DNA from: Staphylococcus phage AH12
Strand: one strand, 5' to 3'
DNA length: 64,000 nt
Sequence record: OR455461.1
Shown piece after piece: positions 60,734-64,000 of the stretch (its first letter is position 1; each line of letters starts with the position of its first letter). A model generated the notes under the pieces. It was given only the letters and a program-made list of their open reading frames with translations. It was not told the DNA's origin and searched no databases. The position numbers and the translations under genes are program-made.

Positions 60734-61519
60734 TTATATATTATAAATCAAAAAATCTAAATTTGCTATAAATTTATCTTGAGAAATTGAAAATTTTAGT
60801 AAGATAAATTCACTATATACATCTGTTTCCGGAGCAAAGATATCTACATGAACTTCAGGACAAACAATATTTCCTTTTGTAGTTTTATATTTTAATCCTA
60901 ATAAATATTTCTTTGAAGTTCTGAAATCAATTAAATAATCATCTTCATCATAAATATAATACGGTTCTCTTACAAACATTTCATTTTCAGTAAATACACA
61001 TTTAAAGAATTCAGAAGGTTTACATTCTTTAATATATAATAAAGATTTTTCATCTAAATTAAAAGAATAGAAAGGATCTAATTCTTTAAGAAATTTAATA
61101 GCATCTTCTGTATAATTATATTCTTCATTGATATTCTCTTCATTATGATAATCTTTATCATCAATAATTGTTTCTAAATCCGATTCTCTAGTAAACTTAA
61201 TACCTTTATTATCTTCATCATTAAAGAATTCTACTTTAATAATTTTATCAGCTTTATTAGTTCTAACTTGTATAAAATCTTCTACATTAAAACTACAATA
61301 CTCAATTGGAAGAAGATAATCATAAATTGGATTATCTTCTTTAATTTGTACATTAACATTATTAGGTATAGTTTCTAAATTAGAACCATTAGTAAATACA
61401 TTATTTTTGAAATCTATCAATTTACTTCCATTTTCAATATTATTAAATAATTTAGAAATTTCTTCAAAGGTCATGACTAATTTATTTACTATTTTACTTT
61501 CTTCAATTAAAATACTCAA
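60734..61519 (-). CDS. hypothetical protein; in the same frame as the upstream polymerase ORF, separated only by a single TAA
   Basis: The ORF has a TTG start. One stop codon (61520-61522) separates it from 61523-62806 in the same frame. Confidence 0.4.
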   Translation of the reverse strand: MSILIEESKIVNKLVMTFEEISKLFNNIENGSKLIDFKNNVFTNGSNLETIPNNVNVQIKEDNPIYDYLLPIEYCSFNVEDFIQVRTNKADKIIKVEFFNDEDNKGIKFTRESDLETIIDDKDYHNEENINEEYNYTEDAIKFLKELDPFYSFNLDEKSLLYIKECKPSEFFKCVFTENEMFVREPYYIYDEDDYLIDFRTSKKYLLGLKYKTTKGNIVCPEVHVDIFAPETDVYSEFILLKFSISQDKFIANLDFLIYNI

Positions 61520-61522
61520 AGG

Positions 61523-63392
61523 TTAAGCTCCTTTACTTTTTATTTTATCAGATACTTTCTTAGCTGCAACATTCAATGGAGGTAAACCATGAAATTCTTG
61601 AGCAAAGGATACACTATCTTGACTGTTAAATTTACTAATAAATTCAGTATTAAAGTCATAATTTAATTTGTCTTCTTCATACTTAGGAACTGTCATTGTA
61701 GATTTATCTCGTATTTGAATTTTACCTATGTGTCCTTCAGGAGTTATATTAAATCCTCTAATAATTGAAGGATATAGTGAACTCAAGTCAAAGTCACATA
61801 CATTACTAAATATTCTATTAGATCTAATATCTTTACCTTTAACTAAAATATCTCCCATACGTTCTATTAAAGTCATATTAGCTACAAATCCACCACGTAT
61901 TTTATCTGCATTTGGATCAGATAGTATTTTAGAGTGATTATTACTTAATACAAATCCTTGATTTTCAAAGAAGACAGAACTACGATTTCTTAAACAAATA
62001 GTTTTCTTAAGTGCTTTACTTGGTCTAGTTCTAGTCATATCTACAATAGAGAATAGTAAATCAAACATATTAGTGTTCTTCTCTATTAAAGCAGTTAATA
62101 TGGTATCTTTAATATTATAAAGAATGAATGTGTAATAATCTCTAAAATGTAAATCAGAGATAGAGCCTTCATATACATCCTTTTTAATTCCAGTTTCTTT
62201 TTCACCAACATCATTTAACTTAACTGATTCCATTACACCGTTCGGTTTATTCACATTTGCATATAAAGCTAATTGGTCAATCCAGTTAGTGTATGAGTTA
62301 GTTTCGAATGTAGATGATCTATTAGCTGCATCTGTAGCATTCTTATCTAATCTATAATAAGCTTTTTTATCTTGTAAATCTTTAGAACAGAAATAATCTG
62401 CTGGATCTTCTCCATTAACTTTAATTCTTTCAAATATAGTTGCAAAGTCAAAATCTAGATTCCATGCGGTACATATATCAGGCTTACTAATTTCATTAAT
62501 ATAGTATAAGAATGATTTAATAATTTCCATTTCAGTATCTAATTCATATATTTCAAATTCTAAACCTAAATCTTCTCCAATCTCACTATCTTTATTATTA
62601 TAAATATTATTTAGATCTTCCATTAATTTAGTTTTATCTGTCATAACTTCATTATAATTATCCGTATCATATTTTAATGCAAATGTTAAACATTTACGTT
62701 TACTCCAATCAACTACAGTTATAATATTAATTTCAGCCATTCCTGGTTCAGGGACATTTATATTAACTTCATACAATTGTATAAAGATTAGACTATATCT
62801 TATCAATATCAGTGATAATTATATTTAGTCGTTGAACACAATTAAATGTGATGCTGATTGTCTTTAAACTTTTCAGCAATTAATAATTTTTTAATTGAGC
62901 TACCTAAAACCCAATTACATTTGATCCATCTACCTCTATATCAAATAGACATATATCAATTCCAACTTTACTATCTAAGTTTTGTTTGATATATTCATTG
63001 ATATTATAATCTTCAATATTAATATCAGATCCATGAACATTATTCATTAAATGAAAATCTTTTAATTTTCTAAACTCTTCATAATTACCTGAAGATAATA
63101 TTCTATCGTATTCTGATTTATCTTGAGCATTACCTGCTTCTCTAACTATAGATTTAATAACATCTTTATGTTTACAATGTACAGTTCTAACTTTCTCTTT
63201 TGCCATAGAACCTACAACTTGACCAGGTGGTAACCAATATTCATCTTTAGTAACATAATAGTGCATCATTGGATCCACTATTTCCATATGTTTTTTAGTT
63301 CCATCTTCTTCTTTAACAACCATTACTACTTTTTCTTTTTTATTAGATGTTTCTTTTTTATTCAAATATGTTGATTTTATAAAACGACCCAT
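61523..63392 (-). CDS. family B DNA polymerase, N-terminal part (3'-5' exonuclease motifs I-III + polymerase motif A), interrupted by a group I intron; proposed exons 63392..~62906 and 62754..61523
   Basis: Exo I is 'LFDIEVDG', Exo II is 'TAWNLDFDFATIFERI' and Exo III is 'YYTFILYNIKD'. Motif A is 'DFDLSSLYPSIIRG'. Motifs B and C were not found in this window. Confidence 0.65.
62755..62905 (-). mobile_element. group I intron in polB, ORF-less, short-form 5' region
   Basis: Minus-strand elements are P AATTGCTGAAAAG, Q AATCAGCATC, R GTTCAACGACTAAAT and S AGATATAGTCT. The 3' junction ATAAATG|TCC matches the other introns. The first about 17 codons of track ORF 61523-62806 are intronic. Confidence 0.65.
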
Positions 63393-63477
63393 AACTAAAA
63401 ATTCCTCCTAATTCAAGTTATTTCATAATTGCTAGTTATTATAATTTTGTAAAAAATTAAAAATATAATGCCAAACA

Positions 63478-63510
63478 ACTTTATTAAAGTTGTTTGGCGT
63501 GTTTTATATT
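63478..63510. terminator. hairpin CCAAACAACTTTATTAAAGTTGTTTGGCG + T-run
   Basis: A perfect inverted repeat is present. Confidence 0.5.
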
Positions 63511-63557
63511 TATTTAGTCCAAATAAAACCTGTTTCTTTAGTAGTTTTTGATTCTTT

Positions 63558-63842
63558 TTAAATTTTCCCTTTTGATTTTAATTCTAAGTAATAATCATTT
63601 AACTTTTCACAAATATTTAAAGATAATCCACCTATTTCTCTTTTACCATTCTTAAGTTTAGATATTTGTGATTGATCTACTTTTGTTTCTTTTGCAATTC
63701 TACTTCCATTTATATTACTTTTAAGTAATTTTTCTATATTATTTCTCATCTCACTCATATATAAACTCCCATTCCATATTTTATAATAATTTATCTTCTT
63801 CATTATATACATATTTTTCTGTATCAACTGTGTCGATATCAT
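63558..63842 (-). CDS. XRE-family helix-turn-helix DNA-binding protein
   Basis: 'MRNNIEKLLKSNINGSRIAKETKVDQSQISKLKNGKR' is a typical HTH_3 pattern. The true start is probably an internal Met. Confidence 0.55.
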   Translation of the reverse strand: MISTQLIQKNMYIMKKINYYKIWNGSLYMSEMRNNIEKLLKSNINGSRIAKETKVDQSQISKLKNGKREIGGLSLNICEKLNDYYLELKSKGKI

Positions 63843-64000
63843 CTTGCTGATATCTAGTTCTTAAATGTTCAAAGAATAAGTTAAGTGGTAAAGCAATTGC
63901 AATAGTCATTAAAGTAGATATTAGTAGTCTTTTTTTATTCATTTTTAAAACATCCTTTTCAAATTTAATTTAATTTAAATAATACATTTTTACCTTGCAT

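Noticed and set aside
61728-61937. 69-aa plus-strand ORF opposite polB
   Set aside because: It is an antisense shadow ORF within the polymerase gene.

Overview
This window is very AT-rich, densely coding phage DNA. Genes sit in long co-directional blocks that switch strand at hairpin terminators. Several lines of evidence point to a jumbo myovirus of the Bacillus AR9/PBS1 type infecting a Staphylococcus-like Firmicute. (1) Pieces of two different multisubunit RNA polymerases are present. One is a beta-prime C-terminal half on the minus strand (31402-32956). Another is a beta-like gene on the plus strand (33273-38095). A second, paralogous beta-prime C-terminal half lies at 56211-58127. (2) Six ORF-less mini group I introns, each carrying canonical P/Q/R/S core elements, interrupt the beta-prime gene (2), the beta gene (3) and a family-B DNA polymerase gene (1). 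(3) Three free-standing putative homing-endonuclease genes share a PD-(D/E)XK Vsr/DUF559-like motif and zinc fingers. One of them sits directly after the beta-prime stop codon, and the last 15 beta-prime codons are duplicated on its far side with synonymous-only differences. (4) Two tRNA-like genes have non-canonical anticodon arms. (5) Two separate endolysin genes (amidase_2 and CHAP) carry near-identical C-terminal SH3b modules and are preceded by two LamG-domain paralogs. (6) Other recognisable genes are a GroEL-like chaperonin, a dCMP deaminase, an RNase H, an SF2 helicase, an SSB-like protein, a gp25-like baseplate protein and an XRE-type HTH protein. A family of near-identical palindromic rho-independent terminators and a recurring upstream motif (candidate promoter) punctuate the region. 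Many products are lineage-specific and remain hypothetical. The intron and exon boundaries below are approximate: they were set by reading frame and by analogy between introns, not from transcript data.
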